A stretch of DNA of 42,218 nucleotides from a virus. The stretch lies in IMG/VR virus record IMGVR_UViG_3300045988_051752; one strand, written 5' to 3'. How positions within the stretch are numbered: position 1 is the first letter of the stretch; every line of letters starts with the position of its first letter. Below, piece by piece: positions 24,517 to 32,855 of the stretch. Made by a program: the position numbers and the translations under genes. The notes under the pieces are model-generated. The model was not told where the DNA came from. It saw nothing but the letters and a program-made list of their open reading frames with translations, and searched no databases.

Positions 24517-24586
24517 TATACATACTGCACAAATATATTTACGCAAATATGGTAATTTTGCCGATTGATATATTTACTCAAATATA
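24503..24586. promoter_or_regulatory. Three palindromic operators, TATATTT-N4-AAATATA
   Basis: Op1 24503-24520 (perfect), Op2 24534-24551 (6/7 per arm), Op3 24569-24586 (perfect). Centre-to-centre spacing is 31 and 35 bp. They lie between divergent promoters. Confidence 0.65.
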
Positions 24587-24593
24587 ATACAAT
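24565..24593 (+). promoter_or_regulatory. Divergent promoter TTGATA-N17-TACAAT
   Basis: -35 at 24565-24570, -10 at 24588-24593. Operator 3 fills the spacer. Confidence 0.5.
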
Positions 24594-24641
24594 AGAATCA
24601 TCAAGAATAGGAAAACAAAAAAACAGGAGGAAAGGGAAAAT

Positions 24642-24779
24642 ATGGAGAAATACTATATAAGCTATAATGATTATTTTGGATTTTGCGTGGTTGAAGAAAT
24701 TGGAGGAAATGGAAGAATTGTATTTGCAGGAAGTATTGAGGACTGCAATAGAAAATGCATCGAACTGAACGAAAAATAA
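24642..24779 (+). CDS. Small ORF, 45 aa (MEKYYISYNDYFGFCVVEEIGGNGRIVFAGSIEDCNRKCIELNEK)
   Basis: AGGAGGAAAGGGA lies upstream of ATG at 24642. Followed by a terminator. Below the track cutoff. Confidence 0.45.
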   Translation: MEKYYISYNDYFGFCVVEEIGGNGRIVFAGSIEDCNRKCIELNEK

Positions 24780-24800
24780 AAAAAGAGTATAAAAGCAAAG

Positions 24801-24823
24801 CAGGGACAGGCTCCCTGTTTTTT
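24801..24823 (+). terminator. Intrinsic terminator immediately upstream of terS
   Basis: caggga-caggc-tccctg followed by tttttt. Confidence 0.75.
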
Positions 24824-24890
24824 ACGCGGTAAAAGGGAGAATAAAAAACGAACATCAGATAAAATGATTGAGAAGGAGGTGACCGCCGGT

Positions 24891-25640
24891 GTGACAAAGG
24901 AAGAGACAAGAAAAAAGAAAAATGAAGCGCTGATTATGTACAAAAAAGGGAAAAAGCTTGTCGAGATCGCTCAGATTCTCGGAATCCCAAACGGGACGAT
25001 CCGCCGGTGGAAATGTGAGGATGGCTGGGATGGCGAACGTTCGGCCAGAAAAAGCGAACGTTCGGAAAAGAAAAAGCAAAAACCCATTAAAGAAGAAAAG
25101 AGGGAAAAGGCCTGCGATCTGGATATTACAGAAAAAAGAGAGCTTTTTTGCCTGTACTACGTAAAATACCGCAACAAGGTAAAGGCATACCAAAAGGCTT
25201 TCAGCTGCTCATATGAAACGGCGTGCGGAAACGCCTCTAATTTATCGAAAAATATTGATGTAAAAGCAAGAATTGACGAACTATTAACGGATTTGCACGA
25301 AAACATAGAATTTACTATACAGGACATAGCGCAAAAGCAGATAGACATCGCCACGGCGGATATAAAAGATTTTGTCAACCTGGAAGACGGGGTGGTGATA
25401 CTACGGGATGCGGATGAGATAGACGGGACACTCATCAAATCTATAAAAAATACAAAATTTGGCATACAGGTACAGCTAAAGGACAGTCAAAAAGCGCTGG
25501 AGTGGCTGACGGTAAACCAGCCAAAAGAAACAAGAGGCACAGAAAACCGGATAGAGATCACAAAAAGAAAGGAGAGACCAAATGGTCATATGGACACCAC
25601 AATACAAGCAGAGCCTGTTCATGGAGCGCTGGGAGGATGA
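24891..25640 (+). CDS. terS: Terminase small subunit (N-terminal HTH + Terminase_2-like domain)
   Basis: GTG at 24891 is 9 nt after AAGGAGGTG (the track ATG at 24864 has no RBS). KLVEIAQILGIPNGTIRRWKCEDGWD, then ITEKRELFCLYYVKYRNKVKAYQKAFSCSYETACGNASNL. Confidence 0.85.
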   Translation: MTKEETRKKKNEALIMYKKGKKLVEIAQILGIPNGTIRRWKCEDGWDGERSARKSERSEKKKQKPIKEEKREKACDLDITEKRELFCLYYVKYRNKVKAYQKAFSCSYETACGNASNLSKNIDVKARIDELLTDLHENIEFTIQDIAQKQIDIATADIKDFVNLEDGVVILRDADEIDGTLIKSIKNTKFGIQVQLKDSQKALEWLTVNQPKETRGTENRIEITKRKERPNGHMDTTIQAEPVHGALGG

Positions 25641-27012
25641 GGCGTTATACGGCGGGGCGGCAGGCGGCGGGAAGTCGGACGCCCTTGTGATCGAGGCGCT
25701 GCGCCAGGTAAACGTCCCAAATTACAAAGGGCTGATCCTGCGGCGTACATACCCGCAGCTGTCAGAGCTGATAGAAAAGTCACAGCAATACTATAAACCG
25801 GTATGGCCGGAAGCAAAGTACAATACACAGGAGCATACCTGGAAATTCCCGTCCGGCGCGAAGGTAAAGTTTGGATCCTGCCAGTACGAGCAGAACAAAT
25901 ACGATTATCAGGGGCAGCAGTATGATTTTATTGGATTTGATGAATTAACCCATTTTACCCAGAGCCAATACGAATATATCTTGACGCGAAACAGAGCATC
26001 CGGCCCGGGAACGGAAGTATATTCCAGGTCTACAGCAAACCCCGGAGGGGTAGGGCACGGATGGGTAAAAGAAAGATTTGTCTCCCCGGCCAAGCCTATG
26101 ACAACGCTATGGGAGAAAGCAACGGTCAGGTTACCAAACGGGAGCACAAAAGAGGTAGAGAGGAGCCGCATCTATGTACCGGCCACGATATTCGACAACC
26201 AGAAGCTCCTGGACAATAACCCGGCATATCTGGCAGACCTGGCCATGAAGCCGGAAGCAGAAAGAGAGGCGCTGCTCTATGGGAATTGGGACAGCTTCGA
26301 GGGGCAGGTATTTACGGAATGGGTAAATGACCCAGACCATTATACAGATCACAAATACACCCACGTCATAGAGCCTTTCCAGGTGCCGTCATACTGGAGG
26401 TTTTACCGCGGGTTTGACTTTGGATACGCAAAACCTTTTTCCGTCGGCTGGTACGCAGCGGATCCAGATGGATGCATGTACAGGATAAGAGGGTGGTACG
26501 GATGCAAACCAAATCAGCCCAACACAGGGATCATGATAGACCCGCACGAGATCGCAAAAGGAATCCGAGAGGTGGAAGAAACCGATGAAAACCTAAAAGG
26601 CAGGAAGATCAGGGCGATTGCAGACCCGTCCATATTTGACAGATCAAGAGGGGAATCTGTAGCAGACCAGATGATGCAGGAGAGGGTTTACTGGGAACCG
26701 GGGGACAACACAAGAATTGCCGGAAAGATGCAATATCACTACAGGCTGGCCTTTGATAAAAAAGGAAAATCCATGTTTTATGTTTTTAATACATGCAAGG
26801 ACTTTATCCGCACAATCCCGTCGCTGGTATACGACGAGAAAAAGGTGGAAGATATCGACACGACACAGGAGGATCACATTTACGACGAGTGCAGATATGT
26901 ACTCATGGCAGATCCGATCAAACAAAGAAAAAATGAGATGAAAAAAGACAACTACGGCGAAGATCCTCTGGATCTGCGGCCGGGAAAAGGAGCGAAAGGA
27001 TGGCAGATGTAA
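25582..27012 (+). CDS. terL: Terminase large subunit
   Basis: Walker A YGGAAGGGKSD, Walker B YDFIGFDELTHF. Nuclease motifs RGFDFGYAKP, IADPSIFD and EDHIYDECRYVLM. Confidence 0.93.
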   Translation: MVIWTPQYKQSLFMERWEDEALYGGAAGGGKSDALVIEALRQVNVPNYKGLILRRTYPQLSELIEKSQQYYKPVWPEAKYNTQEHTWKFPSGAKVKFGSCQYEQNKYDYQGQQYDFIGFDELTHFTQSQYEYILTRNRASGPGTEVYSRSTANPGGVGHGWVKERFVSPAKPMTTLWEKATVRLPNGSTKEVERSRIYVPATIFDNQKLLDNNPAYLADLAMKPEAEREALLYGNWDSFEGQVFTEWVNDPDHYTDHKYTHVIEPFQVPSYWRFYRGFDFGYAKPFSVGWYAADPDGCMYRIRGWYGCKPNQPNTGIMIDPHEIAKGIREVEETDENLKGRKIRAIADPSIFDRSRGESVADQMMQERVYWEPGDNTRIAGKMQYHYRLAFDKKGKSMFYVFNTCKDFIRTIPSLVYDEKKVEDIDTTQEDHIYDECRYVLMADPIKQRKNEMKKDNYGEDPLDLRPGKGAKGWQM

Positions 27013-28853
27013 CAAAAAAGACGGTAGACGCAAAGCCGGGAAGAACCGGGGCTATTACGGACGAGGATATCAAAAAGCTCTATAAGGTATTCCAGGATTA
27101 TAGCGAAGGCAAACAGGTGCTAAACCAGAGGATCAAATCAGCAGAATCATGGTATAAGGCGCAGCACTGGAAAGAGTTGCGAAAAGAAGAGGACGAACCG
27201 GCAAGTGCCTATCTGTTTAACATGCTTATTAACAAGCACGCAGATGCTATGGACAACTTCCCGGCTCCAAACGTGCTGCCGCAGGAGGAATCAGACCAGG
27301 AAACAGCAAGCATGCTGTCAAAGATCATACCGGCAATCCTGGAAAAGTGCAACTACGAAAAGGCCTATTCGGACGGCTGGTGGAGCAAACTAAAGACAGG
27401 AACCTCAGCCTTTGGGGTTTTTTGGAATCCGGGGATAGATAACGGCCTGGGAGATGTGGATGTAAAAGAAATTGACATGATGAATCTGTACTGGGAACCG
27501 GGAATCCGGGATCTGGAACAATCAAAATACATATTTGTGACAGCATTAAAAGATAACGACGACTTGTTGGCACAGTATCCGTTTTTAGAGGGGCCGGGAA
27601 CAGATGAAACGCCGCAGACACACTATGAATCCGAGGACTACGTAGACAGAACAAACCAGACCTCTGTATATGACTGCTATTACAAAAAGCAGATAGGCAG
27701 CAGGACGGTGATCCACTACATCAAGTTTATTGAGGGGCATCTTTTGTACGCCTCGGAAAATGACGAGAATTGCATAAATGGATTCTATGAAAATGATGAG
27801 TATCCGATCAAACTGGATGTAATGTTTCCGGAAAAGGAAAGCCCGGCAGGATTTGGATATCTGGACGTGATGAAAGATCCACAGATGTTTATCGACAAGA
27901 TGGACGGCATCATCCTGCGGCATGCAAAAAGGACATCACAGCCCAGGTGGTTTGTGACGGATGGGCTGGGACTGAATGAAGAGGAGTTTTTGGGAGATGG
28001 ACCGATCGTACATGTCCAGGGTATGGTGTCGGATGATAGATTACGGCAGCAGCAGTTGGCAGGGTTGGATTCAGCGGTTTACAACCGACTGGCAGGGAAA
28101 ATAGACGAAATCAAAGAAACATCAGGAAACACAAGCTACGCCCAGGGGACAACCTCATCTGTTACGGCGGCATCGGCCATTGCCGCCCTGCAGGAGGCAT
28201 CAGGCAAGCTGTCAAGGGATATGATTCGCATGACATACAACACATACTCCTGCCTGGTACGCCTGGTGATAGAGAGAATCAGACAGTTTTACAATGAACC
28301 GCGGACATTTCGTGTGATTGGGGACAACGGAGAAATGCAGTGGCCGCAGTTCTCAAACCAGATGATGAGATCACAGACGCAGGGAGGAATTGCGGGTGTA
28401 GAATTTGGCGAAAGAAAACCGACATACGACATTAAGGTATCTGCGCAGAAAGCATCACCATACAGCAAGGTGGCCCAGAACGAGCTTGCAAAAGAGCTGT
28501 ACTCCGCCGGTGTATTTAACCCGGAGCTGTCGGATCAGGCACTCGCCATGCTGCAAATGATGGATTTTGACGGGAAAGAGCCTGTGATACAAAAAGTAGC
28601 ACAGAACGGAACCATGTACCAGCAAATCCAGCAGTTGCAGCAGACGGTGATGCAGCTGGCGACCATCGTGGACGCACAGAACGGATCAACGATCGCTCAA
28701 AATGTGGCGGCATCCATGGGGCAGGGGCAGCCACAGGCCGGGCAGATGGCAGCGGGATCGACAAGCACAAACTCCCTGGGTGATCCTGTTGATACAAAGG
28801 GGATAGTGGCAAACGCCAAAGAAAAGGCAGCATCAAGGGCCAGCGTATCGTAG
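27000..28853 (+). CDS. Portal protein, 617 aa
   Basis: Position directly after terL (overlapping start), size, and a Q-rich C-terminal tail. No specific family could be assigned by eye. Confidence 0.75.
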   Translation: MADVTKKTVDAKPGRTGAITDEDIKKLYKVFQDYSEGKQVLNQRIKSAESWYKAQHWKELRKEEDEPASAYLFNMLINKHADAMDNFPAPNVLPQEESDQETASMLSKIIPAILEKCNYEKAYSDGWWSKLKTGTSAFGVFWNPGIDNGLGDVDVKEIDMMNLYWEPGIRDLEQSKYIFVTALKDNDDLLAQYPFLEGPGTDETPQTHYESEDYVDRTNQTSVYDCYYKKQIGSRTVIHYIKFIEGHLLYASENDENCINGFYENDEYPIKLDVMFPEKESPAGFGYLDVMKDPQMFIDKMDGIILRHAKRTSQPRWFVTDGLGLNEEEFLGDGPIVHVQGMVSDDRLRQQQLAGLDSAVYNRLAGKIDEIKETSGNTSYAQGTTSSVTAASAIAALQEASGKLSRDMIRMTYNTYSCLVRLVIERIRQFYNEPRTFRVIGDNGEMQWPQFSNQMMRSQTQGGIAGVEFGERKPTYDIKVSAQKASPYSKVAQNELAKELYSAGVFNPELSDQALAMLQMMDFDGKEPVIQKVAQNGTMYQQIQQLQQTVMQLATIVDAQNGSTIAQNVAASMGQGQPQAGQMAAGSTSTNSLGDPVDTKGIVANAKEKAASRASVS

Positions 28854-28861
28854 GAGGAAAC

Positions 28862-29149
28862 ATGACACACATAAAAACGAACTACGAAGGAACGAATATG
28901 CGAATCACAATGACCGGACATGCCGGGTACAATCCGGGGAATGACATTGTCTGCGCAGCAGAATCCATACTCATGAGAACGCTCTTAGAAAGCCTGGAGG
29001 GGGCAAGTGCCAGGTACGATGAAAAAGAAGCATATGTGGAAATTGTGGCGCCGGTGAATCCGGTGAACATACTGATCTGGGATACGATAAAGAAAGGGTA
29101 TCGGCTCCTGGAAAAAAAATATCCCCAAAATGTAAAATTGCACAGGTAA
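28862..29149 (+). CDS. prp: Prp-like cysteine protease (ribosomal-processing protease family), 95 aa
   Basis: RBS AGGAGG. His/Cys dyad context MTGHAGYNPGNDIVCAAESILM matches the Prp/YsxB signature GHA...G.DIVCAA.S. Confidence 0.8.
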   Translation: MTHIKTNYEGTNMRITMTGHAGYNPGNDIVCAAESILMRTLLESLEGASARYDEKEAYVEIVAPVNPVNILIWDTIKKGYRLLEKKYPQNVKLHR

Positions 29150-29187
29150 AAGGGAGAAATAAATAAAAACGTGTGAAATAATGAAGT

Positions 29188-29316
29188 TGACATGAAACTC
29201 ATGTCATACAATCCATTTTAAATTACCCCCTCACCAGGAGGGAGGCATCACCTCCCTCCGAAATGAAAAGACACTTCGGAAAGACGATGTATGGCACTTC
29301 GGAAAGACGATGTATG
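29188..29316 (+). promoter_or_regulatory. Structured non-coding leader: palindrome, SD/anti-SD hairpin, 2 x 23-bp tandem repeat
   Basis: Palindrome tgacatga-aac-tcatgtca (29188-29206). Hairpin GGAGGGAGG-catca-CCTCCCTCC (29237-29259). cacttcggaaagacgatgtatg at 29272-29293 and 29295-29316. CGGAAAGrCG occurs three times. Confidence 0.5.
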
Positions 29317-29340
29317 ACCAAGCGGAAAGGCGCGAAAAGA

Positions 29341-30162
29341 ATGAAAAGCAAATTATTAACATTTTTTGATGGAGAAGCTACAGGCAGTGATAACGGTCAG
29401 GTCGCCGCTGACCAGACGGGCAGTGATACAACTCAGGTCGCCACTGAGGAAAAAGAAGATCTCGATGCGGACTTTGAAGCGTTAATCAAGGGCAAATATA
29501 AAGCCCAGTATGATGCAAGATTCCAGCAGGGGATCAATGCAAGACACAAAGACTACATGCAAAACAAACAGCAGCTGGAATCCTTAAATCCCATGCTGGA
29601 CATGCTGAAAGAAAAATACGGCGTGTCGGATGTAGGCGAGCTGCAGAAAGCAATCATGAACGATGACTCCTACTACGAGCAGGAGGCCGTGGATCGCGGA
29701 ATGACGGTGGAACAGCTCAAATACATGAAGCAGATGGAACGGGAGAATAAAGCCTACAAGGCCAGAGAGCAGGAATCCATCCAGGAACAGATGCAGCGGG
29801 AAAAGATCGAGGGTTGGCTTCGACAGGAGGCGCAGTTCAAACAGAAAGCGCCGGACTTTTCTCTGCGGGAGGAGCTTGCGAACCCGGAATTTGAGCGTTT
29901 GCTGGCAGCAGGGGTCAATGTAGAGACTGCATTTAACGTCATCCACCAGGATGAGATCATGAGCGGAGCCATGAATTATACCGCAAAAAAAGCAGTAGAA
30001 AAAACAGTAAACGACATAAAAGCAAGAGGAATGAGACCGTCAGAAAATGGTCTGGGCACAACAGCTGCAGAACCAAAAAGAAAAACGGTAGGAGAAATGA
30101 CCGGAGAAGAAATCCTGAAAATGGCAAAAAGAGCCAAAAAGGGAGAGAAGATCTCGCTCTGA
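29341..30162 (+). CDS. Scaffolding protein, 273 aa
   Basis: Q/E/K-rich coiled coil located between prp and the capsid gene. N-terminus MKSKLLTFF/DGEA resembles the L27 MLKLNLQFF/A Prp site. The track start at 29263 would read a 23-bp tandem repeat in two different frames. Confidence 0.75.
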   Translation: MKSKLLTFFDGEATGSDNGQVAADQTGSDTTQVATEEKEDLDADFEALIKGKYKAQYDARFQQGINARHKDYMQNKQQLESLNPMLDMLKEKYGVSDVGELQKAIMNDDSYYEQEAVDRGMTVEQLKYMKQMERENKAYKAREQESIQEQMQREKIEGWLRQEAQFKQKAPDFSLREELANPEFERLLAAGVNVETAFNVIHQDEIMSGAMNYTAKKAVEKTVNDIKARGMRPSENGLGTTAAEPKRKTVGEMTGEEILKMAKRAKKGEKISL

Positions 30163-30179
30163 CCGCAGAAGGGAGAAAC

Positions 30180-31202
30180 ATGAAAAACAAATTATTTTTG
30201 ATTGACGGAACACCGAAAAACCTCCTGACATTTTTTGCTACAGGAGAAAACACAACAACGCACATCAATGCGACGACAACAGACACGTTGGCGTCGGAGA
30301 TGAAAACATACTATGACAAGCTGCTCATCGAGCTGACAGGCCCTGCGCTGGTACACGATCAGTTTGCCCAGAAGAGAAACATCCCGAAAAACGGAGGAAA
30401 GAAGATCGAATTCAGAAAATTTGACTCACTTCCGAAAGCGTTAACACCACTGACAGAGGGCGTAACGCCAGAAGGGAAAAAGATGTCCGTAACAGACATC
30501 ACAGCAGAAGTATCACAGTACGGCGATTACATCACAATGTCTGACGTGATCCAGATGACGTCGATTGATCCAATCGTCGTGGAGGCGACGGAAAAGGTTG
30601 CGAAACAGGCAGGAAGAACATTAGATACCGTAACGAGAGAAGTTATTAACGCAGGGACAAATGTACAGTATGCGGGCGGAGTAGCATCCAGATCGGCACT
30701 GACGGCGGCAAATGTTTTGACTGTTAAAGAAATCATGAAAGCTGTAACAACGTTAAGAGGAATGGATGCGGAGCCGGTAGATGACAGCTTTGTAGCAATC
30801 ATTCATCCGTATGTGGAGTTCGACCTGATGAGGGACGAAGAATACAAAGAAATGTTTAAGTACACAAAACCGGAACCGATGTACAAAGGAGAAATCGGGA
30901 AATTTGCAGATGTGAGATTTGTGAGATCCTCAGAGGCAAAGATCTGGAACTTGGAAGGAAATGGCGTTTCTGTATTCTCTACGTTGGTGGTAGGAAAGAA
31001 CGCATACGGAACAACAGAAGTAGAGGGAGGCGGCCTGCAGCACATCGTGAAGCCGCTGGGAAGCTCCGGAGCAGCAGACCCACTGAACCAGAGATCGACA
31101 GTAGGATGGAAAGCTTTAAAAACAGCAGTGATCCTGGTGCAGCAGTACATGGTAAGGATTGAGAGTTCTGCTTCACAGTATCCAACAGCAGCAGCAAACT
31201 AA
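30180..31202 (+). CDS. Major capsid protein (HK97-fold type), 340 aa
   Basis: Position after the scaffold, size, RBS GGGAG, and a strong terminator downstream. N-terminal propeptide MKNKLFLIDGTPKNLLTFF/ATGEN carries a Prp-type site. Confidence 0.8.
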   Translation: MKNKLFLIDGTPKNLLTFFATGENTTTHINATTTDTLASEMKTYYDKLLIELTGPALVHDQFAQKRNIPKNGGKKIEFRKFDSLPKALTPLTEGVTPEGKKMSVTDITAEVSQYGDYITMSDVIQMTSIDPIVVEATEKVAKQAGRTLDTVTREVINAGTNVQYAGGVASRSALTAANVLTVKEIMKAVTTLRGMDAEPVDDSFVAIIHPYVEFDLMRDEEYKEMFKYTKPEPMYKGEIGKFADVRFVRSSEAKIWNLEGNGVSVFSTLVVGKNAYGTTEVEGGGLQHIVKPLGSSGAADPLNQRSTVGWKALKTAVILVQQYMVRIESSASQYPTAAAN

Positions 31203-31214
31203 GGAGGGGAGAAG

Positions 31215-31496
31215 ATGCCGACGAAGACAGAACCAAAGGCTGAAGAGGTAAAGGAATTGACACCGAACGATCGGGAATATTGGGAGGAGAAAATTCCTTA
31301 CAAACCGTTTTACGATGGAGAATATTACAAGGACGATATTTTTGTTTGTGTAAACGGAGAATCAAGAGTAATCAAAAGAGACATTGATGAACCGGTGATG
31401 CTGGAACGAAAATTCGTTCAGGCAATCAAAAACGCAGAGGAGCAGCAGAGAGCAGCCAGAAGGTATCGGCTGGCACATATTAATAACGAGGCATAA
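31215..31496 (+). CDS. Small head-associated protein, 93 aa
   Basis: RBS AAGGAGGGGAG. Last gene before the strong terminator. Function unknown. Confidence 0.6.
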   Translation: MPTKTEPKAEEVKELTPNDREYWEEKIPYKPFYDGEYYKDDIFVCVNGESRVIKRDIDEPVMLERKFVQAIKNAEEQQRAARRYRLAHINNEA

Positions 31497-31503
31497 AAGA
31501 GGG

Positions 31504-31529
31504 AGGCGGTGCGAAAGTACCGCCTTTTT
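31504..31529 (+). terminator. Strong intrinsic terminator after the head genes
   Basis: aggcggtgc-GAAA-gtaccgcct followed by tttt. Confidence 0.85.
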
Positions 31530-31543
31530 CAGAAAGGAGAAAC

Positions 31544-32845
31544 ATGGTCAAGATCAAGAGAAGGACGATGTATATCCCAAAGGACGAGGCATACATAGGA
31601 ACGGTGAATGACAGCAATTCAGAATTTCGAGTATTTGTCATCGAAAGAGAAGAAGGGACACCAGACCTGTCAGCGCTTACGTTCAAACTGATCCTGAGAG
31701 ATGAAAACGATAATCCAAACGAAGCATATCTGGAAAAGGCTGTATCAGAAAATGAAGTACATCTGACATGGGGCATCCTGCCGCCGGATGTGGGAACGAG
31801 CGGGACATTGCTGGCACAGATCAAAGCGTTTGACGAACAGGGAGAAGTGCGCTGGAATTCGTTCACGGGCGCTTTTTATGTAGAACAGAATCTGCAAGAA
31901 CCGGACATGTCGGGGAATTTATCGGACTATGAGGCATTACAGAAAAAAGTAGAGAATGCGCTGGACGAGGTGGAAGAGCTGAAAAGAACAGGGCTGAAAG
32001 GAGATCCAGGGCAGCAGGGAGAAAAAGGCGAAAAAGGAGACAAAGGAGATCCGGGACCACAGGGAGTAAAAGGCGAAAAAGGGGAAACAGGACTGAAAGG
32101 AGATCCAGGGCAGCAGGGAGTAAAAGGCGAAAAAGGAGACAAAGGAGATCCGGGCCCGCAGGGAGTAAAAGGAGAAAAAGGAGATCCAGGGAGTCTGAAC
32201 GGTTTAATGGACGCGGTGACAGAATATACCGCGGCATCACAATATGCACTGCCTAATAGTGGAGATAAGGTTGGAGCGTGGCTCGGAAAAGCACAGAAAG
32301 CACTGTCGGATGCAAGGGACGGGGAGACGGGAGCGGTTGAATACACAACACCGGAATCGTACATCGAACCAAAGCCCGGAATCACATTAAAAACATTTAT
32401 GGGAAGAGTAACGAAGGGACTGGCAGATTTGTTTGCAGGTCTGGCGCTCAAGATCAATGCAAGCAAAATCTTGTCAGAAGAAGAATGGAGCGCCGCGATA
32501 TCGGAGAGAGGGTACCTAGCGGATGCCAAAGACATAAAAGACGGTATTGAAGCAGTTGATAATAAAAAATGGATAACAAAAATAACAGGGACGTCATTCC
32601 CGACAACACAAGTTAATGGAAACCAATCCGCAACATTAACAAAAGCCCCGGATGCGGTTGATGGATATACATGTGTTGGGGTGACTGGGTTCGGAGGCAC
32701 TGATGGAGCGATAGTATTCCAGGCGGCAAGATACAATCCGGGCAGCGGGAAATTGACAGTAAAAGTGAGAAATACATCATCCACAGCTGCTTCATGCACT
32801 CCGACCCTTGATGTGTTATACGTACGATCCGTTAATTTGCAGTAA
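31544..32845 (+). CDS. Collagen-like fibre protein with a BppU_N-like N-terminal domain, 433 aa
   Basis: N-terminal [20 protein letters not shown]...[12 protein letters not shown]... is BppU-like. It is followed by 22 uninterrupted G-X-Y triplets, then a globular C-terminal domain. Confidence 0.8.
   Translation: MVKIKRRTMYIPKDEAYIGTVNDSNSEFRVFVIEREEGTPDLSALTFKLILRDENDNPNEAYLEKAVSENEVHLTWGILPPDVGTSGTLLAQIKAFDEQGEVRWNSFTGAFYVEQNLQEPDMSGNLSDYEALQKKVENALDEVEELKRTGLKGDPGQQGEKGEKGDKGDPGPQGVKGEKGETGLKGDPGQQGVKGEKGDKGDPGPQGVKGEKGDPGSLNGLMDAVTEYTAASQYALPNSGDKVGAWLGKAQKALSDARDGETGAVEYTTPESYIEPKPGITLKTFMGRVTKGLADLFAGLALKINASKILSEEEWSAAISERGYLADAKDIKDGIEAVDNKKWITKITGTSFPTTQVNGNQSATLTKAPDAVDGYTCVGVTGFGGTDGAIVFQAARYNPGSGKLTVKVRNTSSTAASCTPTLDVLYVRSVNLQ
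31991..32188 (+). repeat. Collagen G-X-Y tract built from a near-perfect 99-bp tandem duplication
   Basis: The unit starting at 31991 (gggctgaaaggagatccagggcagcaggga...) recurs at 32090 with a few substitutions. 99 bp corresponds to 11 triplets. Confidence 0.9.
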
Positions 32846-32855
32846 GGAGACATAC

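Noticed and set aside
24503-24586. Three regularly spaced repeats that could be mistaken for a mini CRISPR array
   Set aside because: The units are 18-bp AT-rich palindromes with 13-17-bp spacers located between two divergent promoters. There are no cas genes and no array-like length. Operators are the simpler explanation.
29263-29340. An upstream ATG extending the scaffold ORF by 26 codons (the track start)
   Set aside because: The extension reads a perfect 23-bp tandem repeat in two different frames, and its only SD-like sequence is locked in a 9-bp hairpin. The 29341 start gives an L27-like MKSKLLTFF N-terminus that matches the capsid motif. The extension is kept as a possibility only.
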